Virus record (IMG/VR): IMGVR_UViG_3300030103_005513
Coordinates: 1 to 64,000 of that record
Length of the DNA: 64,000 nucleotides
Direction: 5' to 3' (one strand)
From: an uncultured virus (IMG/VR IMGVR_UViG_3300030103_005513)
Lineage: Duplodnaviria; Heunggongvirae; Uroviricota; Caudoviricetes
Every line of letters starts with the position of its first letter. The stretch's first letter is position 1. The position numbers and the translations under genes are program-made. The notes under the pieces were generated by a model, which searched no databases, had not been told where the DNA came from, and worked only from the letters and a program-made list of their open reading frames with translations. Shown one piece after another: positions 47,481-56,241 of this stretch.

Positions 47481-48103
47481 TCAAGTGCCTCACTCACAGC
47501 AGGGAACTGCTCAACAAATATTTTTCTGACTGCTTTTGCAATCAACATGTGTTCTTTCTGTGTACCATTAGAGGATCTTAGATTTATATAGTGTATCCAT
47601 GATCTGCATGAACCTGTCATGTATATTCTTGTGGGAGTGCATAAAGGTAGTACCATACGTGCACACTCTTTTGCAACACCTTCCTGTAACATCTGATTGT
47701 AAAGTGAAAATGCACTACTGAATAATGTATTCATCTGGGCATTAAGTTTATCCACAATCTTAGGATCAAGATCATCAATACTATTCTGTCTGTTCTTATT
47801 ATCTTGTCTTCTCAACTCTGGTAGTTCAATGGTCTCTAGTAACTTAGCGTCAGCATATCTTTGACTGAACTCTTGATAAGTAAATGACCTGTGTCTAAGA
47901 ATTTGTGCTGCAATAGCACGTGTGGTTTCTATCTCTACTGTCATGGTAGATTGCTCAAACACAGACCAATGATTGTGCTTGATGCAATACTTCAAGAGAC
48001 CTGAGTAGTTGTCGTTCTCTTGATTAGCAGGGTTAGATACTCTGGCAATGTATGCCATAGTTTTTTCAGCATCAGGTGTGATGCTTATTAGTCTTGCTGT
48101 CAT
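47459..48103 (-). CDS. thyX: Flavin-dependent thymidylate synthase
   Basis: HWSVFE, QILRHRSFTYQEFSQRY, ECARMVLP, TQKEH. Confidence 0.95.
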   Translation of the reverse strand: MTARLISITPDAEKTMAYIARVSNPANQENDNYSGLLKYCIKHNHWSVFEQSTMTVEIETTRAIAAQILRHRSFTYQEFSQRYADAKLLETIELPELRRQDNKNRQNSIDDLDPKIVDKLNAQMNTLFSSAFSLYNQMLQEGVAKECARMVLPLCTPTRIYMTGSCRSWIHYINLRSSNGTQKEHMLIAKAVRKIFVEQFPAVSEALEWQKLSE

Positions 48104-48252
48104 GTGCCCTCGAACTCGTCATCGTAATCCAATTCAACTGGATCAACGTCTGAGTATCTATATGACTCAGAATCAGCATAGACTTCTGCCTTGAGTGCTG
48201 AGAGCAGCAACTCAAGGTCAGAGATTATAACTTTTAGTTTACCTTGATCCAT
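48100..48252 (-). CDS. Small hypothetical protein (50 aa)
   Basis: MDQGKLKVIISDLELLLSALKAEVY..; overlaps both neighbours. Confidence 0.65.
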   Translation of the reverse strand: MDQGKLKVIISDLELLLSALKAEVYADSESYRYSDVDPVELDYDDEFEGT

Positions 48253-49322
48253 CAATTGAAGGTTCTATTTTTTACATAGATGAGTTCACGAGTTTTCATC
48301 TCATCATTATTATCTTGTGGCAAGAATCTGTGTTTAGCATCAGGGTGATTCCATGCAAAGTGGTAACGATTTATACGTTTATCTGTCATACCCATTGATA
48401 ATAGAAGTAAGTCTTCCCAATACTCTAATATTTCATCGAATACTCTGTCTCTTTTTTTGCATAGAGTGTCATCACCTGTTGGTTCTTCAACTGCTATCAA
48501 TAAATTCAATGGTTTTTTTCTTGAAACTGCCAGTTCATTTTTTTCTAACAATGCACCTAAATCTGATTTGAAATTATATACAGTCATCACATGTGAGATC
48601 TCGTTTTCATTAGATAAGATTTCATCTATCCACTCATCGTCCTGATGATCATTTACATAAAGTTTCACTGTATCTTTTCCGTAGGTTGTATATCTTTCTG
48701 ATGCATTTACCTTTCCCTGTTTTTGCAATTCCCACATGATTTTTTTGAGAATTTTACTTCTTATTTTACCACCCAAATGACGACCATAAGATTGTATGAG
48801 TTCATCTATTTCTTTTTTGTATGGTCTTCTATCAAAATCATTTAGAGCATCTCTTACCCCTGCTTCAACATCTTTTTGAGATGGGTTGTTGTGTGGTAAT
48901 GTCATATCAATGTTTGATATGTTGGCAAAATCTCTTTTTGCCTGACGATTTTTAAATCGAACCAATTGAACCATCCATCCTCTTATGTCTATTCTTCTAT
49001 CTGTTCGTAATTCTTTTCTATGATTTCCATTTATAGTTGACATATCATCTGCGTCAACATAAATCATTCTTCCTTCTTTTGTATTGATACCAAACTCATG
49101 AATGTTATCTCTTAGATCTTTGAGTTTTGATAATGTGATTCTCTCAACACGTGCAGGGTTTGTCCATGTTCCTGTCATGTCGTTGAATAACATCATGTGT
49201 GGTTTGCCTACGAGTTCTACTCCATCCACACCATACGTTGATGGTTTGTAACCCCAATTATTTGGGTCGCAATGCTCTGGTCTCCAATTAGCAGTAATAA
49301 AAGGATTCGTTTGGATTGTCAT
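48252..49322 (-). CDS. Hypothetical protein with possible ParB/Srx-like N-terminal motif
   Basis: LRDNIHEFG..IYV..INGNHR resembles the ParB-fold I(D/N)GxHR motif. Confidence 0.5.
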   Translation of the reverse strand: MTIQTNPFITANWRPEHCDPNNWGYKPSTYGVDGVELVGKPHMMLFNDMTGTWTNPARVERITLSKLKDLRDNIHEFGINTKEGRMIYVDADDMSTINGNHRKELRTDRRIDIRGWMVQLVRFKNRQAKRDFANISNIDMTLPHNNPSQKDVEAGVRDALNDFDRRPYKKEIDELIQSYGRHLGGKIRSKILKKIMWELQKQGKVNASERYTTYGKDTVKLYVNDHQDDEWIDEILSNENEISHVMTVYNFKSDLGALLEKNELAVSRKKPLNLLIAVEEPTGDDTLCKKRDRVFDEILEYWEDLLLLSMGMTDKRINRYHFAWNHPDAKHRFLPQDNNDEMKTRELIYVKNRTFN

Positions 49323-49356
49323 GATTTAGTTAGATTCAATGAAAATAATATAGCAT

Positions 49357-49380
49357 AAAAAAAGGGGTTTTGCAACCCCC
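49357..49380 (-). terminator. Intrinsic terminator
   Basis: GGGGTT-GCAA-AACCCC followed by T7 on the minus strand, after the DUF4278 gene. Confidence 0.85.
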
Positions 49381-49385
49381 TAGTT

Positions 49386-49529
49386 TTAGCTGCAAGGTGA
49401 TGCCTTGCTTTTGACCTTGAGTCCACGATACATGAGATCGTGACGTTCACGTTTCTGTGATTCTTCAATCACTTTTGCGTTGTACTCTTCAGTGTCGTAC
49501 TCGACACCACGGTAAGTGACTTTTGCCAT
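49386..49529 (-). CDS. DUF4278-family small protein
   Basis: MAKVTYRGVEY..LMYRGL double YRG motif. Confidence 0.85.
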   Translation of the reverse strand: MAKVTYRGVEYDTEEYNAKVIEESQKRERHDLMYRGLKVKSKASPCS

Positions 49530-49562
49530 TGGTTTGTCCTCAGTAGTAGGCGTTTTTAGTGC

Positions 49563-49645
49563 CGTTCCTTCAGTCAACTATGCGTCCTCTAAAAGGATGA
49601 ACGATCCGTTCCAGTCTGACTTACTTGCGTCCCGAAGGATGAACG
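49563..49645 (-). ncRNA. Tandem glutamine riboswitch-like aptamers (glnA / Downstream-peptide class)
   Basis: Two units CGUUCA-UCC-loop-GGA-CGCA...GGAACG at 49607-49645 and 49563-49603, upstream of a YRG peptide. Confidence 0.8.
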
Positions 49646-49699
49646 TAAGGATATGCTAACATATCTGTCAGTATTTAGCAACATAAAATGTATCGATTG

Positions 49700-50149
49700 T
49701 TACCGATCTCTCCAATTTATCTCTGGATATGCCTCCTCTACTACGTTTCTAGTAATTCTGTATTTACTCTGAAGATCCTTGTCCTTGACTAAGCATACTA
49801 TCTCTGCCTCTTCTGCTTCAAGTGACTCAAGTAATTGTATGAGTAAATTTTCTCTTCTCATGTTGGAGATCTTATCGTTACCACCTCTTACAAAGTTGTA
49901 GAGGGTTCTCCATTCATGAACTAATCGAGTATGACCCATAGTTCCCTTGGGTGATTCGTTGGGTTTGTATGGCACTGATCCTTCTGGAACTGCACTCTCA
50001 ATCCCTTTGTCAAAGTTCCATATCAATAGTGCTTTGACATCATCACGTTTATGTGCCTTCAGTAAATCAATCTTTTTGTCTTTAGTCTTGGCACCATGAA
50101 CTGCTCTGAAAAGTTCAGAGACTAAAGGATTGTTAGGTAATTTTGCCAT
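49700..50149 (-). CDS. Conserved T4-like cyanophage hypothetical protein
   Basis: LLIWNFD..VPEGSVPY..RRENLLIQLLESL. Confidence 0.7.
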   Translation of the reverse strand: MAKLPNNPLVSELFRAVHGAKTKDKKIDLLKAHKRDDVKALLIWNFDKGIESAVPEGSVPYKPNESPKGTMGHTRLVHEWRTLYNFVRGGNDKISNMRRENLLIQLLESLEAEEAEIVCLVKDKDLQSKYRITRNVVEEAYPEINWRDR

Positions 50150-50151
50150 GA

Positions 50152-50364
50152 TTAATCATCATCATTGTCATTTAGATCACCCTCGAATCTTATAGCAAGA
50201 AGTTCATCGGGTAATGGGTTCCCATTCGCATCAAACATTTCTGGATGGGAGTACTGAGGAGTAGTCTCTTGCACATAGCATCGAATAAGATATCCAATTG
50301 TAAGTCCAAGACCGAGTGTTAGTATTCCTACCATAACACTCAAGGCAATGATTGCCTGTTCCAT
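50152..50364 (-). CDS. Small membrane protein
   Basis: N-terminal hydrophobic helix, HPEMFDANGN; TATAAATA at 50424-50431. Confidence 0.65.
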   Translation of the reverse strand: MEQAIIALSVMVGILTLGLGLTIGYLIRCYVQETTPQYSHPEMFDANGNPLPDELLAIRFEGDLNDNDDD

Positions 50365-50435
50365 ACGTTTTCTCCAGTAAGGCAGTGGTTGAGTAGTACT
50401 ACTCAACAGGAGTTCTGCTCCTTTATTTATAGAAC

Positions 50436-50672
50436 CTAAATCAGGTTCTTTTCCTGTAGGTAATGTAGTGTGTCCTTGCATCCACCTATGTATTTTTTAT
50501 CAAGTTGAACTTGTGGAAAGGTAGCACCCTCCTCAAATTCTTGGTAGAACTGAGACTTAGTAAAGTCTCTATCCAATTTGTACTCGGTGACAGATATGTC
50601 TGTGGCAGCAAAGAGTTGTCTGACTCTCTCACACCATTGACAATCGTCTTTAGACCAAATAACTGCTTTCAT
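50436..50672 (-). CDS. nrdC: Glutaredoxin
   Basis: CQWC, TFPQV, IGG. Confidence 0.9.
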   Translation of the reverse strand: MKAVIWSKDDCQWCERVRQLFAATDISVTEYKLDRDFTKSQFYQEFEEGATFPQVQLDKKYIGGCKDTLHYLQEKNLI

Positions 50673-50673
50673 C

Positions 50674-50895
50674 TTAGTCGATTATGGGCATACGACCATC
50701 ACCACCAGTGATTTTATTCACCTCACCAAAGATCATGGTCTCTATAAGTAAATTTATATCAGCAGAGATTCCATCTGCAGACTCCGACATTTTACGGAAC
50801 CCATTTCCAACATAAATTTGCCCTGTGACAACTGCAATGGTAGCAATACTCCAGAAATAGTAGTATGCTCTACTCTTGTTCTGTCTCGGTTTCAT
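50674..50895 (-). CDS. Small hypothetical membrane protein
   Basis: YYYFWSIATIAVVTGQIYVG. Confidence 0.6.
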   Translation of the reverse strand: MKPRQNKSRAYYYFWSIATIAVVTGQIYVGNGFRKMSESADGISADINLLIETMIFGEVNKITGGDGRMPIID

Positions 50896-51019
50896 TTTGT
50901 TTTATATACTTCCTCATTAGTTTAGCATACATTACGTCTTGTGCACTATACAAATCAGGATGTTTTTTTGCTCTCTTTATTAATTGCTTCGCTACTCTTT
51001 TGTCTGATAATTTCTTCAT
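50870..51019 (-). CDS. Small basic hypothetical protein (49 aa)
   Basis: MKKLSDKRVAKQLIKRAKKHPDLYS..; TATAAATA at 51025-51032. Confidence 0.6.
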   Translation of the reverse strand: MKKLSDKRVAKQLIKRAKKHPDLYSAQDVMYAKLMRKYIKQNETETEQE

Positions 51020-51033
51020 AAAGGTATTTATAC

Positions 51034-52323
51034 TTACCAGAAAGTCTTCATACCTCCTTCACGATGTACATCACTGGTGATACAATGCAATCCTCCATCC
51101 CAAAAATATCTATGTCTAAAGTTGACGATGTGTGGGGTAATACCATGTCTATCAAACGCATCAAATATTTTTTTATTATAACCATTGACAATGCAATTTT
51201 GTTCATTGATAGGAAGTACATTTATATCAAAAACTGTCTCTTCTACGTAAGTGACCCAATGATCTAACCATGTATCAATGTAATCTATTAGATCCTGATT
51301 ATCTTCTTCACCCTTTATCCACCAACGTCCTTGATTTTTATTTTTCATTTTGAGAAATGGTTTTACTTTATTCCATCCAGCATCAACTGTAACCACCTCC
51401 CAATCAGGGTAAAAATGTTTATAGTATTCTTCATCCCTTATTGCTATAATCAATCCCTCTTTGACTGGGTGCATGGCACCATCACCATGACCAGGCACAT
51501 CCACTCCATGCACCCTATGATTTGGAAATAATCTTCTCCACTTTTTCAGAAAAGATTCTTCATTCAATTTATTTAATATGTTTACATAGTTGAAAAATAA
51601 ATCTTTACCTAACCTCCATAGACCTGCTGTGTTGATGTACTGGTCGTAAACAATAGGAACATTATTTTTATTCATCCACTCTCTAACACTTTGCCATGCA
51701 TAATATCTCTTGTTTGATGGAAATTTTAGATTAGAACCTATGGTATTTGTTTGTGCTGCAAAAATAACTTTCTCCAACTCATCTCTATCAATACCCTGTA
51801 AAAATTTTAGAGCATAGCATCCCATCTCATCTCTCGATCTAAAAGATTTGATTGCCTCATTGAGTGTGAGTGGTCTGCCTGGTTGAATAAGATCCTCGAA
51901 ATATTTTGCCATCACTTTCTCAGTATTTTCTAACTCTTTTGTCTTCCAATCACCACCATTATACATTCCAAAATATAAACTTACAACATCAAAATTTTTA
52001 CCCCACATCTCACTTGGCATGTAAAATTTTTCTCCTACCATGCCACTAAAATCTCTTGGACACATGGGAGGTGGTGAGTCCACTACACCAGCATGATTTT
52101 TGTAATCATTTACGTCATCTGATACGTCAAGTCTTATTACCTCTACACCAAATTCATGTAATTTTTTGATTAATAATTGAAAGTCTTCTTCAGTTTCTCT
52201 TGCTACCCTTTCCATAGCAGAGCGAACTCTTACATTATCTATTGAACTATAGAACTCAGGGGGGTATGATCTCCCCACTACACATACTTTGAGTGGATCA
52301 AAGCATTGATAAACTGAAACCAT
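51034..52323 (-). CDS. Amidinotransferase-family protein
   Basis: DPLKVCVVGR, MCPRD, HGDG, GGLHCITSD. Confidence 0.85.
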   Translation of the reverse strand: MVSVYQCFDPLKVCVVGRSYPPEFYSSIDNVRVRSAMERVARETEEDFQLLIKKLHEFGVEVIRLDVSDDVNDYKNHAGVVDSPPPMCPRDFSGMVGEKFYMPSEMWGKNFDVVSLYFGMYNGGDWKTKELENTEKVMAKYFEDLIQPGRPLTLNEAIKSFRSRDEMGCYALKFLQGIDRDELEKVIFAAQTNTIGSNLKFPSNKRYYAWQSVREWMNKNNVPIVYDQYINTAGLWRLGKDLFFNYVNILNKLNEESFLKKWRRLFPNHRVHGVDVPGHGDGAMHPVKEGLIIAIRDEEYYKHFYPDWEVVTVDAGWNKVKPFLKMKNKNQGRWWIKGEEDNQDLIDYIDTWLDHWVTYVEETVFDINVLPINEQNCIVNGYNKKIFDAFDRHGITPHIVNFRHRYFWDGGLHCITSDVHREGGMKTFW

Positions 52324-52353
52324 AAAAAAAGACCCCTATAATATATAGAGGTC
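52324..52353 (-). terminator. Probable terminator after psbA
   Basis: GACCTCTATA/TATAGGGGTC stem followed by a T tract on the minus strand. Confidence 0.7.
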
Positions 52354-52376
52354 TGATCCATCTCGAACAAATATAT

Positions 52377-53459
52377 TTATCCGATTGAAGGTGCAGTAAG
52401 TGCAACTGTTGAAGACTCAGCACATGCTAGGTCTAATGGGAAGTTGTGTGCATTTCTTTCATGCATTACTTCCATACCTAAGTTTGCTCTGTTCAATACA
52501 TCTGCCCATGTTGGTACAATTTTACCACTGCTGTCTACGACAGACTGGTTGAAGTTGAAACCATTTAGGTTGAATGCCATTGTGCAGATACCCATTGAAG
52601 TCAACCAAACGCAGACTACTGGGAATACAGCAAGGAAGAAGTGTAAACTTCTTGAGTTGTTGAACGATGCATACTGGAAGATAAGTCTACCAAAGTATCC
52701 GTGTGCAGCAACGATGTTATATGTTTCTTCCTCTTGTCCAAACTTGTAACCATAGTTCTGAGAAGTAAGACCTGATGTTTCTCTGATTAGAGAAGATGTT
52801 ACTAATGAACCATGCATAGCAGAGAATAATGCTCCACCGAACATACCTGCTACACCTGCCATATGGAATGGGTGCATCAAAATATTATGTTCTGCTTGGA
52901 ATACGAACATGAAGTTGAATGTTCCTGAGATACCTAGAGGCATACCATCAGAGAATGAACCCTGACCGAATGGATACACTAAGAATACAGCAAAGGCAGC
53001 AGATACAGGAGCTGAGTATGCTACACAGATCCATGGTCTCATACCTAAACGGTAGGAGAGTTCCCACTGTCTTCCCATGTATGCAGAGATACCAATGAGG
53101 AAGTGGAAGATTACCAACTGGTAAGGACCACCATTGTAGAGCCACTCATCAACAGTAGCTGCTTCCCACATGGGGTAGAAGTGTAATCCAATTGCGTTGG
53201 AGGATGGTACTACAGCACCAGAGATGATGTTGTTACCATATAAGAATGAACCTGCGACAGGTTCTCTGATTCCGTCGATATCGACAGGAGGTGCAGCGAT
53301 GAATGCTACGATGAAACAAGCAGCAGCAGCAAGTAGGCAAGGGATCATTAGAACACCAAACCAACCTACGTAAATGCGATTGTTAGTTGAGGTTACCCAA
53401 CCACAAAACTCGTCCCATCCTGAAAGCAAACCACCACGCTTACGTGAAATAGTTGTCAT
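52377..53459 (-). CDS. psbA: Photosystem II D1 protein
   Basis: Full-length D1 ([22 protein letters not shown]); no intron. Confidence 0.99.
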   Translation of the reverse strand: MTTISRKRGGLLSGWDEFCGWVTSTNNRIYVGWFGVLMIPCLLAAAACFIVAFIAAPPVDIDGIREPVAGSFLYGNNIISGAVVPSSNAIGLHFYPMWEAATVDEWLYNGGPYQLVIFHFLIGISAYMGRQWELSYRLGMRPWICVAYSAPVSAAFAVFLVYPFGQGSFSDGMPLGISGTFNFMFVFQAEHNILMHPFHMAGVAGMFGGALFSAMHGSLVTSSLIRETSGLTSQNYGYKFGQEEETYNIVAAHGYFGRLIFQYASFNNSRSLHFFLAVFPVVCVWLTSMGICTMAFNLNGFNFNQSVVDSSGKIVPTWADVLNRANLGMEVMHERNAHNFPLDLACAESSTVALTAPSIG

Positions 53460-53489
53460 TTAAGAATGCGGGTATATGAGGGGGTAAAA

Positions 53490-53540
53490 GAAAGACGTGA
53501 TTTATACTCCCTGTAGGTCTTGGTTTAGGGGGAGTAGGAG
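53490..53540 (-). ncRNA. PhotoRC-II-like structured leader of psbA
   Basis: UACUCCC/GGGAGUA stem with loop AAACCAAGACC; loop AAGAC is complementary to downstream GUCUU. Confidence 0.65.
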
Positions 53541-53562
53541 ATAACACAAAAGTCACTCCGTA

Positions 53563-54339
53563 TTATTTATAGTAACAAAAATTTACAAACTTGTCAAGCA
53601 TGTCTGCTATCTTGATGTGACACTCTCTATTAGGGTGTTTTGTATGTGGATTCACTAGATTTTTTTTCAGTAAAAATTTTATCCTATCATCATCTAGTTG
53701 CCATGTTGATAAATGATATCCGATCATGCTTGGTTTATGACCCATATCAATACACAAATTACTCATCAAATCTCTTGATTTTTCGTGTGACATAATCATA
53801 TTAGGACTATCGTAATTGTAATTGTGGTGATTGAAAGTATCGAACCAATAATTTTTTACCCCAATCATCTTAAAATAATTATCCCAATGTTGAATTTGAG
53901 TAGATAATCTTTTTACCTCCACGTCATGATCATAATAATTCGTTGTCCACTTTAAGTTTCTTTTTTTTGTAAGATGATAAGTTGTATATTTTTTTTCTTT
54001 ATTACTCCACACATCCATCCTTGCTGTAGAGGTGATGCCCCATAGGACTATGACATTATTATATTTTTTATAGTCATCTGTATTGAAATACTCTTCCGCA
54101 AATCTAAATTGTCTTTGATTTGATGAACCACCCTTCGCAAAATTTATATTTACATAATCATGTCTCCTTGATAGTATAGTTCTAAAACAATACTCATCAG
54201 TTAAGTCTTTGAAATGCTTCTGGTACAATGAGTCCCTCATCTCGTCTGTAGACATCTCAGTGTGCCTCAAGATGTTTGGATCGTACCAACTAAATTTACC
54301 TTTAGTCCAACTACATCCGAAGGTAATCAGTGCATTCAT
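53563..54339 (-). CDS. SGNH/GDSL-like protein
   Basis: TFGCSW, NFAKGGSSNQRQFR, HPNRECH. Confidence 0.7.
   Translation of the reverse strand: MNALITFGCSWTKGKFSWYDPNILRHTEMSTDEMRDSLYQKHFKDLTDEYCFRTILSRRHDYVNINFAKGGSSNQRQFRFAEEYFNTDDYKKYNNVIVLWGITSTARMDVWSNKEKKYTTYHLTKKRNLKWTTNYYDHDVEVKRLSTQIQHWDNYFKMIGVKNYWFDTFNHHNYNYDSPNMIMSHEKSRDLMSNLCIDMGHKPSMIGYHLSTWQLDDDRIKFLLKKNLVNPHTKHPNRECHIKIADMLDKFVNFCYYK
53564..53597 (-). promoter_or_regulatory. Overlapping early and late promoters of psbA
   Basis: TTGACA-N17-TACTAT plus TATAAATA at 53564-53571. Confidence 0.75.
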
Positions 54340-54342
54340 AAT

Positions 54343-56241
54343 CTATGTTTTTGGTAGATTGGGATTGAGAACATTTTTTATCACGTAATCTCTGAACGAC
54401 CAACCCCAGTCCCAGACATGCATCTCATATAATTCTGGTGGTAAATCATCTAGACCAATTGATCTCTTCAATCTTCTGACCCAAAAAGAATTATTTTTAT
54501 TTGAATCTTTATTGAAAGGAACTCTATTCTCTTTTACAATTTTTACCTTATCTTGAATAGAGTATTTACCATGAGAAGTTCTAATGGTGGTGGGATCGTA
54601 CCACCAATCACCTTTGTTCAACCAACACTTTGTGTCTGGATCTTTTATTTCATGCCAATCCACCTGATATATGTGATGCTCATCTTGTATCCCTGTTATA
54701 GGTCTTATTGTTTTGAACAAGTCATAACACTCTCGCAATACGTCATCGTAAGTATTATTTGTGGTGAAACTACCTGCCTGAGGATGCCTTTTGTTTCTAG
54801 CAATCTTTGATTTTGGTGATGTAAGATCAAGACCTATAGTCTCCCAATTATGTATCCTACTCCAGTTTAATTTTGTCAATTGTCTTGCACAATCAAATGA
54901 TATCTGATCTCGATTAGACCCTATCTTACTATACTTCCACCATAGATCATGAAACTCTGCCATCTCATCATCTATCTGCCTCCATATACATGTCAAAACT
55001 GGTGAGCAATATTGTTTAAAATCATAGTCAACTTTACTTAGAGCATCGACAAGTTCAAGCATCTGTTCCTTGCTATTATAGTTGGCACCAAAACCCTCCA
55101 TAATTTCATTATGAAAAGTAAATCTATGAGGATGCAACATGTGCGTCAGAGGAACCTCTTTCAATATATCTTTAGACAAGTCAACCCATTCTTTAGTATG
55201 AACATAACATCCATCTAACCATACCGTCTTAGATCCATATGGAAATAACTTGTGTGGACAAATTTTTGCATAAGAAGATAACCTTCTAGGGTCACCCTCT
55301 ATTTCATCGTAAACAAAATCAGGTATAGGTCTGAACTCCCAAGGTCCTTTCTTCTCTACATTACCATCTGTATAACAAACATACTTTACCTCTGGATCAT
55401 AATACATGTCATCAGGTATAGTATCATACCAATTTGTTATACTGGTATAAATTATGATTTGATCTTTCTCTGGGTTATCCCACTCAATCGCATATGAATA
55501 CACACCTGCATCACCATAGAAAGGTTCACCAGTTATGCGATCTGTACCTGTCCTAAAATATTCTTTCCAATCAAATAAACCTGTAAGTTCTGTGAGTAAA
55601 TCTGTAAACTCAATTATATCTACCTCCTCTTCGTGGTACACATAATCACCTGTCCTATTATTCCACCACTCACCGTTAGGACTTGCATCAGAAAATTGAT
55701 TTATAAGGTCTCTTGATGATTCAGTTTCATATTCTACACCACTTAATTGTAATGCTACAGAGCATGCTAATTGATCTCTTACACCACCTCTGTTGTACCA
55801 CTTCCACCACAATCTATCAAAGTCTTTTGTATTACCATTTCTCCAAATAATAGTGCATAAAGGAGAGAAGTATTTCTCAAAATCAAATGATGTTTCTGAT
55901 ACCTCTGTAGTAAATTTAAGAATGTCATCAGGATCTACCCATCCTTTAGATATATACTCAGCACATTCTTCAAGGTAGGAATGTTTATGAGGGTGACTCA
56001 TTATAAAAAATTTTTTACGAGATAATATATCTTCACTTATTTCTTTGAATTTATCATTTAGAAGATGAACTTTTGATGCGTCTATGTATACACTTGGTTC
56101 GTCAAAAGGACATAATATTTTTTGTTTCCTACTACTTCTAACTGGGTCGCCTAAATCCTCTACATCTGTTATTACTTTTACCCATGATGGTGCCTGTAAA
56201 TCTTCGATATAATTGTTTGTGTTTATAGTATAGTAAATCAT
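54343..56241 (-). CDS. Tandem DUF616 (TOD1/MUCI70-like) glycosyltransferase-like protein
   Basis: Two YT..TN.Y..Y(I/L)D..HPH..RDQ domains. Confidence 0.7.
   Translation of the reverse strand: MIYYTINTNNYIEDLQAPSWVKVITDVEDLGDPVRSSRKQKILCPFDEPSVYIDASKVHLLNDKFKEISEDILSRKKFFIMSHPHKHSYLEECAEYISKGWVDPDDILKFTTEVSETSFDFEKYFSPLCTIIWRNGNTKDFDRLWWKWYNRGGVRDQLACSVALQLSGVEYETESSRDLINQFSDASPNGEWWNNRTGDYVYHEEEVDIIEFTDLLTELTGLFDWKEYFRTGTDRITGEPFYGDAGVYSYAIEWDNPEKDQIIIYTSITNWYDTIPDDMYYDPEVKYVCYTDGNVEKKGPWEFRPIPDFVYDEIEGDPRRLSSYAKICPHKLFPYGSKTVWLDGCYVHTKEWVDLSKDILKEVPLTHMLHPHRFTFHNEIMEGFGANYNSKEQMLELVDALSKVDYDFKQYCSPVLTCIWRQIDDEMAEFHDLWWKYSKIGSNRDQISFDCARQLTKLNWSRIHNWETIGLDLTSPKSKIARNKRHPQAGSFTTNNTYDDVLRECYDLFKTIRPITGIQDEHHIYQVDWHEIKDPDTKCWLNKGDWWYDPTTIRTSHGKYSIQDKVKIVKENRVPFNKDSNKNNSFWVRRLKRSIGLDDLPPELYEMHVWDWGWSFRDYVIKNVLNPNLPKT

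Noticed and set aside
53572..53586. NtcA-like box upstream of psbA
   Set aside because: GTA and TAC are 9 bp apart, not the canonical 8
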